A DNA stretch of 64,000 bases from Aquificaceae bacterium (lineage in GTDB: Bacteria > Aquificota > Aquificia > Aquificales > Aquificaceae): assembly GCA_037925075.1 (NCBI GenBank), contig JAXSNR010000001.1, positions 804,330 to 868,329 of the forward strand, read 5' to 3'. Under the pieces are notes generated by a model. That model had not been told where the DNA came from, did not search any database, and worked only from the letters and a program-made list of their open reading frames with translations. A program made the position numbers and the translations under genes. Positions 1 to 10,022 of the stretch are shown in pieces (the first letter of the stretch is position 1; every line of letters starts with the position of its first letter).

Positions 1-1040
1 AGATGGTTTATAAATTCCAACCTGCTTAGAAGACTTTCCATATGCTCTGCCTTGCTTTTGTAAAACTCCAAGAGGCTACTACCCCTCTCCATGTATTCCT
101 GAAAGCTCCTATAAACATTTCTTGCGTCCCTTTCCGAAGCTTCTACCACAAACCTAAAGAAATCCCTTACCGCGGGCTCTTGGGAGTCCTTGAGCCTTTC
201 AAAGACCTCTCTGTATTTGCTGAGGATACCCCTCTCTGTGAGGTTCCACAGTGCCTTTAAAAAGGCGGGAGTATCCTTTGCCTCCATAGCCCTAAAAAGC
301 TCTGCCTCCCCCATAGATTCAAGGAGTCTCAACAGTTTCATATACTCCTCATGGTCAAGGTCTTCAAAGAGTAAGGTCTTCAAAGAAGAGGCAACCAAGC
401 CAAACTCTTCAACCTTCTGCTTGAGGATTTCAAGGAGTTTCCGTACACCCTCGGTATGTGGCTCGTATTCCATCTTCAGCAAAGATGAAAGTTCTTGTGC
501 GTAGGCAAGAAGGGACCTTGTAAGCTGTGCCTTTGTGTCCTTCAGGAGTTCTTCAGGCTTTAACCTTCCAAGAAGTAGTTCAATCAACTTTCTTTCATAA
601 AAGAGGCCAGAGTTCTCCACATCTTCCATTAACCTCTCTGGACTTACGGAGGTGTAGAATTTTCTCTCGTCTTCAAACACAAGACCAAGGATATCCACCT
701 CGTAGCCCTTCCTGTACAGGCCTGTTATCCTAAAGGTCATCGGGTTTCCTTCCTCTACCTTAAGTTCAAGAACATCACCGGGAAGCAGTCTAAGAGAAGA
801 CCTGTTTTCAGCCTTGAGCTCAAAACCCCCCTTCAGCGTAAGGGTTAACAAATCTCCCTCAGAAGAGGACACCTCCGCCTTTATTGTGCCTCCCCCGCCA
901 GAGGAAAGCTCAAGAAGGACATCTGGAACTGTTGACAGTACCTTTATCCTGAACTCTTCTCCAGTTTTCTGGGCTTGAGAAGCTTTTGATTGGTCAATGG
1001 CATGCTGTAGAAGAATACCCTCTATCCTTCTTATCTCCAT
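1..1040 (-). CDS. Partial CDS (3' end off window), possibly FliK-like flagellar hook-length control protein
   Basis: Not in the ORF track. Manual translation from ATG at 1040 (MEIRRIEGILLQHAIDQ...) stays open to position 1 and contains ENSGLFYERKL, resembling the SGLFYE motif of FliK-like proteins. The CDS is solid; the product call is tentative. Confidence 0.5.
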   Translation of the reverse strand, partial: MEIRRIEGILLQHAIDQSKASQAQKTGEEFRIKVLSTVPDVLLELSSGGGGTIKAEVSSSEGDLLTLTLKGGFELKAENRSSLRLLPGDVLELKVEEGNPMTFRITGLYRKGYEVDILGLVFEDERKFYTSVSPERLMEDVENSGLFYERKLIELLLGRLKPEELLKDTKAQLTRSLLAYAQELSSLLKMEYEPHTEGVRKLLEILKQKVEEFGLVASSLKTLLFEDLDHEEYMKLLRLLESMGEAELFRAMEAKDTPAFLKALWNLTERGILSKYREVFERLKDSQEPAVRDFFRFVVEASERDARNVYRSFQEYMERGSSLLEFYKSKAEHMESLLSRLEFINH

Positions 1041-1044
1041 AGGG

Positions 1045-1902
1045 TTAAATATCGTCCATAAGGGCAAGGGCTAAAGCCCCGCGTGCCATACAGTACTCCG
1101 CACAAGAAGAGAAGTTAAGACTAAGGCAATCTGCGGGCAGGCCCTCACAAAGGTTTTTCAGCTCCATCTCAAGGTTGCCAAGAAGGTCCCTCATGGCATC
1201 AATAAGACCACCCCCAAGCACCACCCTGTCTGGGTTGATTATGTGGATGGCGTTCATAAGACCCGCAAGCAGGAAGCTTTTAAAATCAAGTACAGCCTTT
1301 AGGGCAATCTCTTCTCCCCCTTTTGCCTTCTGGATTATCTGATAGTCTCTTAGGTGGTAGCCTGAGAGGTTTTTGTAAAGCCTCTCAAGACCATAAGAGG
1401 AGCAGTAAGCCTCCCAACATCCCAACCTTCCACAGCTACATCTATCCCCCCCGAGAAGTATGGTGTGGTGTCCCAGCTCAAGGGCACTTCCACAGGCACC
1501 CAGAAAGGGCTTGCCGTCAAATACAAGCCCCGCACCAAGACCTGTGCCCACCGCAACAAAGAGAAGAACCTTGCTTTCCCTGTGTTCGTAAAACCACTCC
1601 CCATAAGCCCCCGCAGAAACATCGTTAACCACCTTGATCTTTAAACCCTTCAAAAGTTCTTTAAGGTTGACACCATCAAGGGCTGGTATGTTGGGAGATT
1701 TATAAACTTTGCCTTCTAAGGATGTAAAACCTGCCACCGCAACACCCACAGAGGATGGGTTGCCCTCAAGGGCTATCTCTCTTATCCTTTTTAAAAAGGT
1801 CTCTCTGTCCTTGGATATATCTTTTATGTAGTACTTTTCCCTCCTGCCGTCTTCCCAGTAGACCTTTACAAAGCTACCCCCTATGTCAACTCCCTTTCTC
1901 AT
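1045..1902 (-). CDS. ROK family sugar kinase (glucokinase-like)
   Basis: GVDIGGS, VNDV, GTGLGAG and ELGHH...CSCGRLGCWEAY (ROK Zn motif). Confidence 0.9.
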   Translation of the reverse strand: MRKGVDIGGSFVKVYWEDGRREKYYIKDISKDRETFLKRIREIALEGNPSSVGVAVAGFTSLEGKVYKSPNIPALDGVNLKELLKGLKIKVVNDVSAGAYGEWFYEHRESKVLLFVAVGTGLGAGLVFDGKPFLGACGSALELGHHTILLGGDRCSCGRLGCWEAYCSSYGLERLYKNLSGYHLRDYQIIQKAKGGEEIALKAVLDFKSFLLAGLMNAIHIINPDRVVLGGGLIDAMRDLLGNLEMELKNLCEGLPADCLSLNFSSCAEYCMARGALALALMDDI

Positions 1903-2338
1903 ACTCAAGCCTTTCTATTCTTATGCTCTTGTCTTCCCTTTTGAAGTGCAACTTTACAGAAACAAGCCTTCTGGTAATACCTTTTTCTTTTTTTGTTAGC
2001 ACCACCATAAGCAGACCATCTTGCAAAAGCCTTTCTTCAACCATAGCTTCTGGGTATGCCTTCCTGTAAGACTGGCAGGTTTTAACAAGCCCATCCACAC
2101 CACCCATTTCCCTCAGAAGACCTTCGGACATAAGGCCCAAAAGATCTTCTGCCCTTTCCCTTTTGCATTCTTCAAGTCCAAGTAAAAAACTGTAAAAAGA
2201 CCTCACTTCTTCTGTTCCCCCTCTTCTTTCTTCCACATACTGTAGGAATATAATGAGTGCGGTTATAAAGGGATATGAAACGCCAAGAAGTATGAAAAAG
2301 CCTATAACAAGGTCCTCCTTGCTGTAGCTCAGCTTCAT
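1886..2338 (-). CDS. Hypothetical membrane-anchored protein
   Basis: N-terminal hydrophobic helix; ATGA overlap with the corA stop. Confidence 0.6.
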   Translation of the reverse strand: MKLSYSKEDLVIGFFILLGVSYPFITALIIFLQYVEERRGGTEEVRSFYSFLLGLEECKRERAEDLLGLMSEGLLREMGGVDGLVKTCQSYRKAYPEAMVEERLLQDGLLMVVLTKKEKGITRRLVSVKLHFKREDKSIRIERLEYEKGS

Positions 2339-3276
2339 AACCAACCCTTTTTTCTCACCCAGTATATGAGGGACAAGGTCACTGCCACCATAAGGAGCAG
2401 AGAATAAGGGTAGCCATACTTCCAGTGTAGTTCTGGCATGTGCTCAAAGTTCATACCGAAGATGCTGGCTATGAGGGTGGCAGGGAGGAATATGGTGGCA
2501 AGCACAGTAAAAACCTTTACCGCCTCGTTCTGTTTTATGGATATGAGCCCCAAGAGGGAGTTTTGTATGCTGTCCAGTTTGTCCATGTAAAAGCTTGTGT
2601 AGTCAAGGAGCGTATGAAGGTCATCAAGGGCGATCTTTATCTCCCTCTTTGTCTGTGCGTTTATCTTTGGGCTTTTCACAAAGTGGCTCAAAATTCTCAG
2701 CTTTTCGTTTATGGTTTCCCTTATGGTTATGTTAAGCTCATCGTAGTAAGATATATCTCTTATGATCTCCTCAGATTGCTCTACAAAGACCTCCTTTCTG
2801 AGATTTCTTATCCGTCTTCCCAATATCTCAAGCCTATCGCCGATTCTGTCCACTTCTATGCTCACTATCTGTGAAAATATGGCTTCTGGAAACTGGAAGT
2901 TGATGGGGCTTTGTTCCATCCTTTTGATAAATATCAGCATACTGGGTATGTCTCTGTATCGTATGCTTACCATGTATCTACCCTTTAGAAAAAAGAGTAC
3001 TGGTTCAACGCTTATGTCTTCCTTTTGCTGTATCACAAAGGAAAGGTTCATGTATATGGCCTCTCCCTCCTCCTTGTATTTACTGCTTATCTCAATGTCT
3101 CCAAAGACCTCTCTAGGAGGCATATGAAAGCCTATGGCACTTTTGAGCCAATCAATCTCCGCATCGCTTGGCTTTTCCACATCAAGCCAGACAACGGATT
3201 CCTTCCTTATGTCTCCAAACTGGTCAAGTCCAAGCTTTTTAAAAACCCCTCCGTAGCTGGCGTATACATGGATCAT
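2335..3276 (-). CDS. corA: Magnesium/cobalt transporter CorA
   Basis: IFGMNF...MPEL signature and two C-terminal TM helices. Confidence 0.93.
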   Translation of the reverse strand: MIHVYASYGGVFKKLGLDQFGDIRKESVVWLDVEKPSDAEIDWLKSAIGFHMPPREVFGDIEISSKYKEEGEAIYMNLSFVIQQKEDISVEPVLFFLKGRYMVSIRYRDIPSMLIFIKRMEQSPINFQFPEAIFSQIVSIEVDRIGDRLEILGRRIRNLRKEVFVEQSEEIIRDISYYDELNITIRETINEKLRILSHFVKSPKINAQTKREIKIALDDLHTLLDYTSFYMDKLDSIQNSLLGLISIKQNEAVKVFTVLATIFLPATLIASIFGMNFEHMPELHWKYGYPYSLLLMVAVTLSLIYWVRKKGWL

Positions 3277-3286
3277 CAAAGATATT

Positions 3287-3874
3287 TTAATCAGAAGTGA
3301 GGTCCTTTATAAGCTCCTGCTTTACCGCCTCCGGAATAAGGGTCATAGCCTTGTAGTTGGGATGGTTTATCTCAACCCTCACATCTTCTCTTTTGAAATC
3401 CTCCACCTGCTCCTCTGTAAGCCTTGCTTTCAGAAAATGTACCACCGCTGCCTTTCCATACTCATAATCTTCTTTGCTTCTCTCATCAGCCACAGCCCTT
3501 ATGGTGTGCTTATTTCCTATGTGGAAATAAAGATGGTCATGCAAGCCCACAAGCTGTGGAAGAAGCCTTTTTCTTTCGCTCGCCTCTGGTATTTCTATAA
3601 ACATGGTGACCGAAAGCTCATTTTTGTCGGGTATAAGCTCGTTGTACACATCTATTTCTTGCTGGATCTCTTCCTCTTTTACCATTCTCTCAGCCCTGAT
3701 CATTTCCTGAATTTGAAACCAGACCGTTTCCCTGTTTTCAAAGACAAGGTGAACCCATGGCTCTATAAACACCCTTCTGTTTTTCTTTAGCTGTATTATC
3801 TCCTGCACCTTTTGGGGGCGAACCTTTTCGTACTCGTATATGTTGAGTATCTCTTCTCTGGATATCTTCTTCAT
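3287..3874 (-). CDS. DUF3501 family protein
   Basis: KKNRRV...FENRETVWFQIQEMIRAE...YNELIP pattern typical of DUF3501; AGGAGG RBS upstream. Confidence 0.8.
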   Translation of the reverse strand: MKKISREEILNIYEYEKVRPQKVQEIIQLKKNRRVFIEPWVHLVFENRETVWFQIQEMIRAERMVKEEEIQQEIDVYNELIPDKNELSVTMFIEIPEASERKRLLPQLVGLHDHLYFHIGNKHTIRAVADERSKEDYEYGKAAVVHFLKARLTEEQVEDFKREDVRVEINHPNYKAMTLIPEAVKQELIKDLTSD

Positions 3875-3926
3875 GGCGTACCTCCTTAACTTTTATAACT
3901 TATTATATGCAAATTATTCTCAGTTG

Positions 3927-4976
3927 TCAAGGGTTAAGGAGGATATCTTGTAGGGCTTGGAGGAAGGCGTCGTTTTCCTCTGGCTTCCCTATGCTCACCC
4001 TAAGACAGTCGGCAACCATGTAAGAAAAGTTTCTCACAAGCACGCCCCTTTGCAGAAGTCTTTTGTGAAGCTCATCTCCCGAAAGATATAGGCTCTTGAA
4101 GAATATGAAGTTCGCCCCCGATGGGTAGGTCCTAATGCCCTCCAGCTTTAACATCTCTTTGTAAACCCTTTCTCTTTCAGAAATTACCTTTTTCACAGCT
4201 TCTTCAATGAGATGGTAAAAATCCCTCAGCATAAGGGTTGCTATAACCTGAGAAGGGTAGGTTATGTTAAAGGGAAGCCTTAGCTTATTGATTTCTTTGA
4301 CCACCTCTTCCCTACCTATTAATATACCAACCCTAAGCCCAGCCATTCCTATCTTTGAAAGGGTCCTGAGCACCACTGTATCGCTTCTTTCTAAAGCTTC
4401 TTTAAGAAAGGTCTTTCCAGAGTAGTGATAATATGCCTCATCAATCACTACAAACAATCCTTCATCTCTTATAGCCCTGATTTTGTTTTCGCTAAAGTGG
4501 TTTCCTGTGGGGTTGTTGGGGTAGGCAAAGTAGGCAAGGGCTGGTTCTTTTTCCCTTATCAGTTCAAGGCTTTTCTCAAGGTCTATGTCAAAGTCCTCAT
4601 TTAGTTTTATTTCCAGTTTTTCCCTCCCAAGAACCTGTGCAGATATACCGTACATGGAAAAGGTGGGTACGGGATATAAAACACCACTGTGGAATTCACC
4701 TACAGCAATGGAAAGGTAGTATATAAGCTCATCGGAGCCGTTTCCCAAAACTAAGTTTTCTGGGCTTACGCCAAAGCGAAGGGCTATGCTTTCCTTTAGC
4801 TCCCTTGCCTCTGGGTCTGGGTATCTGTGGAAGGGTATTCGGGAGATCTCCTCACCTATGCGTTTTTTTACTTCCTCCGGAAGCTCAAGAGAAAGCTCGT
4901 TGGAGGAAAGCCTAACCCTTGCCCCCGTGGTTTCTGTCTTGTAAGGGGCAAAGTCCCTTACCCTCTTACTTATCAT
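3927..4976 (-). CDS. hisC: Histidinol-phosphate aminotransferase
   Basis: RYPDP, GNGSDE, PNNPTG, DEAY and RTLSK(PLP)..GLRVG. Confidence 0.93.
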   Translation of the reverse strand: MISKRVRDFAPYKTETTGARVRLSSNELSLELPEEVKKRIGEEISRIPFHRYPDPEARELKESIALRFGVSPENLVLGNGSDELIYYLSIAVGEFHSGVLYPVPTFSMYGISAQVLGREKLEIKLNEDFDIDLEKSLELIREKEPALAYFAYPNNPTGNHFSENKIRAIRDEGLFVVIDEAYYHYSGKTFLKEALERSDTVVLRTLSKIGMAGLRVGILIGREEVVKEINKLRLPFNITYPSQVIATLMLRDFYHLIEEAVKKVISERERVYKEMLKLEGIRTYPSGANFIFFKSLYLSGDELHKRLLQRGVLVRNFSYMVADCLRVSIGKPEENDAFLQALQDILLNP

Positions 4977-5212
4977 TGTTGCTCTTGGGTCTGTTCTTCC
5001 TCCTCTTCCTCTTCGGCCCTTCCAAGATAAAGTTCAAGTTCCGCAACTGTTGATTCCATAAGTTTGTCCTCAAGGATGCCCTTTATGAGCCTGTTTAATC
5101 TCCTCTCATCTCCCATAGCTATCCCATTAAGCACATAATAAAGCCTTTTGGGAAGAGAAAGAACAACCCTTTTATACCTTGCACCGCCTTTTCTTCTGGG
5201 TTTTCTTGCCAT
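4973..5212 (-). CDS. Small hypothetical protein, possible ribbon-helix-helix DNA-binding fold
   Basis: Basic N-terminus, then alternating strand KRVVLSLP, two helices and an acidic tail; AAGGAGGA RBS; ATGA overlap with hisC. Confidence 0.55.
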   Translation of the reverse strand: MARKPRRKGGARYKRVVLSLPKRLYYVLNGIAMGDERRLNRLIKGILEDKLMESTVAELELYLGRAEEEEEEEQTQEQQ

Positions 5213-5254
5213 CTTACTCCTCCTTTTGAGATTTTTACCATTTAAAATTATAGC

Positions 5255-6055
5255 ATGATAGTCCTAGTTTTGTTTTTGATTACTTTGATTTTAATCACAG
5301 AAGCCAAAGAAAGCACGGAAGAATCTCTTACTAAATACCAAGTTATATTCCTTCCAGAGGAACACACAAAAAAAGAAGACCATGACTTTCAACTTGACAT
5401 CATAAAACTTTTGAGCTCAAAAAACTACAAGTTAATAATAGCCATGGAGATGTTTCAGCAACCTTTTCAGGATGCCCTTGATCAGTACATACAGTGCCAG
5501 ATAGACGAAGAAGAGATGCTCAGAAGAACAGACTACAGAAGGCGGTGGGGCTTTGACCCAAGCCTTTACAGAGATGTATGGAGGTTTGCAAAGGAAAGGG
5601 GCATAAGAATAATGGCCATAAACATCTCCTCGGAACTGCTACAAAGGATAAGAAGAGAAGGTCTGGACAAGATAAAGGATGAAAGCCTACCCTTTCCCAT
5701 AATAAAACAGAACGAAAGAGAAATAAAAGACCTAAAAGAAGTTATCAAGACACATCCCAAGGTGGAGGAAAATAGGTTTTTTGAGGTGCAAAACGCTTGG
5801 GACAACGGCATGGCTTTGGCAATAGCAAGGCTTTTGGAGAGTTACCCAGACTATAAGATAGTGGTGCTTGTAGGTAGGGGGCATGCCCAAGATGATGAAA
5901 GCGGAATACCCAGAAGGCTCCGCATACTTAAACCAGATAACACCATGAAGATTCTCATAAGGGAAGAATTTCAAAGGTCTCTTCTGTTTTCTACGGACTT
6001 CTCCAGTGAAAGCTCGTCCGCAAGCTCTATAAGAGAGCCAAACTGCAAACCGTGA
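5255..6055 (+). CDS. ChaN/DUF399 family exported protein
   Basis: Signal peptide, EEH...HDFQL, AMEMF, QNAWDNGMA and VGRGH motifs. Confidence 0.8.
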   Translation: MIVLVLFLITLILITEAKESTEESLTKYQVIFLPEEHTKKEDHDFQLDIIKLLSSKNYKLIIAMEMFQQPFQDALDQYIQCQIDEEEMLRRTDYRRRWGFDPSLYRDVWRFAKERGIRIMAINISSELLQRIRREGLDKIKDESLPFPIIKQNEREIKDLKEVIKTHPKVEENRFFEVQNAWDNGMALAIARLLESYPDYKIVVLVGRGHAQDDESGIPRRLRILKPDNTMKILIREEFQRSLLFSTDFSSESSSASSIREPNCKP

Positions 6056-6585
6056 GATATTCGGGTTATCTTGAGGGTGGGGAACTGCTTTTTTATTATC
6101 CTTGCAAGATAGTTTGCGGTTGCTTCACCCTCCAAGTTTGGGTTTGTGGCCACTATAACCTCCTTTGGTTTGTACCTTTCTATTCGCTCCATAAGGCTGT
6201 CTATGTTAAGGTCCTTGGGTGATACGCCCTCAAGGGGTGCTATCCTTCCACCCAAAACATGGTAAACGCCAGAGTACCTTTCTAACCTCTCTATGGCAAA
6301 GGCGTCCTGAGACTCTTCTACCACGCATATGAACTTTTTGCTTCTCTTTGGGTCTGAACATACTTTGCATATCTCTTGGTCTGTGTAAAGGCCACACTCC
6401 TTGCAAGTTTTTATCCTTTCCGCAACCAAGCTGATGGCTTGAGCCACCTCAAGCCTTTTTTCTAAGGGTAATCTAAGAAAGTTGTACAGAAACCTCCCAG
6501 CGGACCTCTCACCATAGGTGGGTATTTGTGTTAGCTTCTCAAGAGCCGACTTTATGGGTTCTGGTAGGCTATCTTCGTAAGACAT
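5971..6585 (-). CDS. recR: Recombination protein RecR
   Basis: CKECG...CKVC zinc finger, ICVVEE, YHVLGG, ATNPNLEGEATA (Toprim). Confidence 0.95.
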   Translation of the reverse strand: MSYEDSLPEPIKSALEKLTQIPTYGERSAGRFLYNFLRLPLEKRLEVAQAISLVAERIKTCKECGLYTDQEICKVCSDPKRSKKFICVVEESQDAFAIERLERYSGVYHVLGGRIAPLEGVSPKDLNIDSLMERIERYKPKEVIVATNPNLEGEATANYLARIIKKQFPTLKITRISHGLQFGSLIELADELSLEKSVENRRDL

Positions 6586-6608
6586 GGAAAAATTTTATAA
6601 TTAAAACC

Positions 6609-7538
6609 ATGCACCAGCTTGTGGTAGTGGGCGGAGGCCCTGCGGGCATATCTGCCAGTATATACGCTCAGAGGAAAAGGATGGACTTTGTCCTCATAAC
6701 CAAGGATGTGGGTGGTCAGATAATAAAGGCGGGCGAGATAGAAAACTATCTGGGTTATGCCATGGTGGATGGGGTTGTGTTTGTGCAGAGGATGATGGAG
6801 CAGATGGAAAGGCTTGGGGTCAAACCCATCTTGGATGAAGTGGTCAAGGTGGAAAGACTTGAAGAAGGCTTTCTTTTAAAAACCCTATCTGGAAAGGAGT
6901 ACAGGTCAAAGACAGTTCTCTTTTGCACTGGTGCGGAGCATAGAAGACTGGAGGTTCCCGGAGAGAGAGAATACACAGGAAGGGGAGTATCTTACTGTTA
7001 TACATGCGATGCACCCTTTTTTAGAGATGTGGATGTGCTTGTAGTAGGTGGTGGAAACTCTGGCTTTGAGGCGGCGGACCAGCTTACCAACTACGCAAAG
7101 AGGATATACCTTATGGAGATAGGAGATCACTTTAGGGCGGACGAGGTTTTAAAGGAAAAGGTCCTGTCAAACCCAAAAGTAATCCCTCTTCTCAAACACA
7201 GAGTTTTGGAGATAAGGGGGGACGAAAGGGGAGTAAGGGGTGTTTTGGTGGAAGACATGGGAGGTTCAAGGGTATATGAAATTGATGTGGAGGGGGTTTT
7301 TGTGGAGGTGGGGCTAAAGCCCAACTCTGAACTGGCAAAGTCCTTGGGCGTTCTTACCACCCAAAGGGACGAGATAATAATAGACTGCAACAACAGAACA
7401 TCGGAACGTGATGTATATGCGGCTGGAGATTGTACCAACGTGTTTGCAAAGCAGATAATAACCGCGGCGGGTGATGGTGCCAAGGCACTCCTTTCCATAT
7501 ATCATGACCTTACTTATGGTGTTCATTCATGGATATAG
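6609..7538 (+). CDS. trxB: Thioredoxin reductase-like (TrxB / AhpF C-terminal-like) flavoprotein
   Basis: GGGPAG, GVSYCYTCDAP (CxxC), GGGNSG, YAAGD, KQIITAAGDG; start set at ATG 6609. Confidence 0.85.
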   Translation: MHQLVVVGGGPAGISASIYAQRKRMDFVLITKDVGGQIIKAGEIENYLGYAMVDGVVFVQRMMEQMERLGVKPILDEVVKVERLEEGFLLKTLSGKEYRSKTVLFCTGAEHRRLEVPGEREYTGRGVSYCYTCDAPFFRDVDVLVVGGGNSGFEAADQLTNYAKRIYLMEIGDHFRADEVLKEKVLSNPKVIPLLKHRVLEIRGDERGVRGVLVEDMGGSRVYEIDVEGVFVEVGLKPNSELAKSLGVLTTQRDEIIIDCNNRTSERDVYAAGDCTNVFAKQIITAAGDGAKALLSIYHDLTYGVHSWI

Positions 7539-8170
7539 CAAAGTTCATAGACCACTCTATACTAAAGCCTAACCATACCCTTAAGGACCTTGAAGAGCAG
7601 GTTGGTAGATGTATGGAGCTTGGTGTTTACGGGGTATGTGTAAATCCTTTTTGGGTTAAAAGGGTGGTAGAAGTATCGGGCGGTAAGCTGACAGTTTGTA
7701 GTGTGGTTTCTTTTCCCTTTGGCCTTGATACGAAGGAACAGAAGGTTATGCAAGCGGTTAGGGCTTTGGAAGAGGGAGCCAGTGAGCTGGATATGGTTAT
7801 GAACATATCCGCTTTCAAAAGCGGGCTGTATGGTTATGTAGAGGAGGAGTTAGAGGCTATAGCAAGGCATACAGAGGGAGCCATAAGGAAGGTTATAATT
7901 GAAACCGCGTATCTAAGTGAAGAAGAAAAGAGGCTTGCGGTGGAGCTTGTGGCAGGCTCGGGCATGGAGTTTGTAAAAACTTCTACAGGATACGCACCTA
8001 CGGGTGCGGTAGAGGAGGATGTAAGGCTTCTTTTGAACCTTTCAAAGGGAAGGCTTAAAGTTAAGGCGTCAGGTGGTATAAGGACAAAAGCTCAGGTTAT
8101 AAGATTTTTGGAGCTTGGTGTGGAAAGAATAGGAACCAGTAGTACCTTTGATATTCTTAGAGAAGGGTAA
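7529..8170 (+). CDS. deoC: Deoxyribose-phosphate aldolase
   Basis: IDHSIL, ELDMV, KVIIET, FVKTSTG, KASGGIR, RIGTS. Confidence 0.95.
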   Translation: MDIAKFIDHSILKPNHTLKDLEEQVGRCMELGVYGVCVNPFWVKRVVEVSGGKLTVCSVVSFPFGLDTKEQKVMQAVRALEEGASELDMVMNISAFKSGLYGYVEEELEAIARHTEGAIRKVIIETAYLSEEEKRLAVELVAGSGMEFVKTSTGYAPTGAVEEDVRLLLNLSKGRLKVKASGGIRTKAQVIRFLELGVERIGTSSTFDILREG

Positions 8171-8173
8171 AAT

Positions 8174-8716
8174 ATGGAAGATGCAGAGTGCAAAGAGCTT
8201 ATGGATATAATCGGTGAAATATACGCGCAGAAACCTATAGAGCTTGGTTGTGGAGAAATTGGCTGTTTCCTGTGTGCAAAGGGGGGCAAACTAAAACCCT
8301 GCGATAGACTAAAGGAGGCTGTTGTGCTTCTACCTGGAGAAAACAGGCTCTTTACCCAGCTTAACCTCAAACCCTTTCCAGAGTTGAATGTTAACGGCTT
8401 TAACATAGGCTTCCTTGCACCTGAAGAGGATTGTCCCTTTAACATGGATGGCTGGTGTGGAATACATGGGAAGCATCCCATAGACTGTAGGAGTTTTCCC
8501 ATAGTGCCCTCTGTAAACGAAAGAGGAGACCTGATAGTCTCTATATCCATAAAATGCCCAGCCATACCACCTTGGGATTTCACTAAAAGATGGGTTGAAA
8601 ACTGGTACAGGATATGGAAAAAGGCTCCTTTAGAGTGGTTCAGGTTCTATTCAAGTGTTCCCACAAATCACCTTAAACCGATAGCCATCTTTAGAGTGGA
8701 GGAAAGGAATGATTGA
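8174..8716 (+). CDS. YkgJ-like cysteine-cluster (Zn/Fe-chelating) protein
   Basis: CPF...WCGIHGKHPIDCRSFP pattern plus an N-terminal Cys cluster. Confidence 0.65.
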   Translation: MEDAECKELMDIIGEIYAQKPIELGCGEIGCFLCAKGGKLKPCDRLKEAVVLLPGENRLFTQLNLKPFPELNVNGFNIGFLAPEEDCPFNMDGWCGIHGKHPIDCRSFPIVPSVNERGDLIVSISIKCPAIPPWDFTKRWVENWYRIWKKAPLEWFRFYSSVPTNHLKPIAIFRVEERND

Positions 8717-10022
8717 AAGATACACGAGAAAAGAGATGGGGCAGATATGGTCTGACCTCAACAAGTTCAGGCTATGGCTTAAGGTGGAAATAGCGGTATG
8801 CAGGGCATGGTCAAGGCTTGGTAAAATTCCCTCAGAGGCTTTAAAGGCTATAGAGGAAAGGACCTTTGTGAATGAGGAAGTAGTAAGAAGGATATTAGAA
8901 TACGAAAGAAAATACAAACACGACGTGCTTGCCTTTGTGTCCGCCATAGGTGAGCAAATCCCAGAGTACTCCCATTACTTTCATATGGGGCTTACCTCTT
9001 CTGACGTGGTGGATACAGCCCTTGCCTTGCAAATCAGAGAAGCTCTAAAGCTGATAATTGAGGATGTGGAAAAGGTTATCCAAAGGTTAAAATCCCTTGC
9101 CCTTGAGCACAAAAACACCCTTATGATGGGAAGGACCCATGGGGTGCATGCGGAGCCCATGACCCTTGGACTTAAGTTCCTCAGCTGGTATGAGGAGATA
9201 AAAAGAAACAGGGAAAGGCTTTTGCAGGCTATTGATAACATATCCTATGGTAAGCTTTCTGGTGCGGTGGGTACCTACTCCAACCTTGAGCCAGAGGTAG
9301 AAAGGTTTGCCCTTGAAGAGTTGGGCCTAAAGGTAGAGCCTGTTTCTACTCAAATAGTGCCAAGAGATAGGCATGCACAGGTTATGTACGCCCTTGCTTC
9401 CACCGCCTGTGCCCTTGAGAGGTTTGCGACAGAAATAAGACATCTCCAAAGGACGGAGGTTTTGGAGCTTATGGAGCCCTTTGGAAAGGGTCAAAGGGGC
9501 TCATCCGCCATGCCTCATAAGAAAAACCCCATACATGCGGAAAGGCTATGCGGGCTTGCCCGTATAGTAAGGGCAAACTTGCTTGTAGCCCTTGAAAACA
9601 TCCCCTTGTGGCACGAAAGAGACATATCCCATTCTTCCGCGGAGCGTGTGATCCTACCAGACTCCACCATAGCCCTTGACTACATGCTAAACCTTTTCCT
9701 TGAGATGATTGAGGGACTTGTGATAAACCCAGAAAGAATGAGGAAAAACATGGAGCTTTCTCATGGCCTTTATGCGTCTTCAAAGGTGCTTGTAAGACTT
9801 ATGGAAAAGGGTGTGCCAAGAGACGAAGCTTATAACATGGTTCAAAGATGTGCCATGAGAAGTTGGGAAGAAGGCATAGCCTTTGAAAAAGCCTTGATGG
9901 AAGACAAGGAGGTAAGCTCTTATCTTAAAGAAGAGGAGCTGAAAGAAATACTCAATCCACATGCCTTTTTGAAAAACATAGAACACATATACAAAAGGAT
10001 TTATAAGGAGGAAATCCTATGA
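8709..10022 (+). CDS. purB: Adenylosuccinate lyase
   Basis: [34 protein letters not shown]. Confidence 0.97.
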   Translation: MIERYTRKEMGQIWSDLNKFRLWLKVEIAVCRAWSRLGKIPSEALKAIEERTFVNEEVVRRILEYERKYKHDVLAFVSAIGEQIPEYSHYFHMGLTSSDVVDTALALQIREALKLIIEDVEKVIQRLKSLALEHKNTLMMGRTHGVHAEPMTLGLKFLSWYEEIKRNRERLLQAIDNISYGKLSGAVGTYSNLEPEVERFALEELGLKVEPVSTQIVPRDRHAQVMYALASTACALERFATEIRHLQRTEVLELMEPFGKGQRGSSAMPHKKNPIHAERLCGLARIVRANLLVALENIPLWHERDISHSSAERVILPDSTIALDYMLNLFLEMIEGLVINPERMRKNMELSHGLYASSKVLVRLMEKGVPRDEAYNMVQRCAMRSWEEGIAFEKALMEDKEVSSYLKEEELKEILNPHAFLKNIEHIYKRIYKEEIL

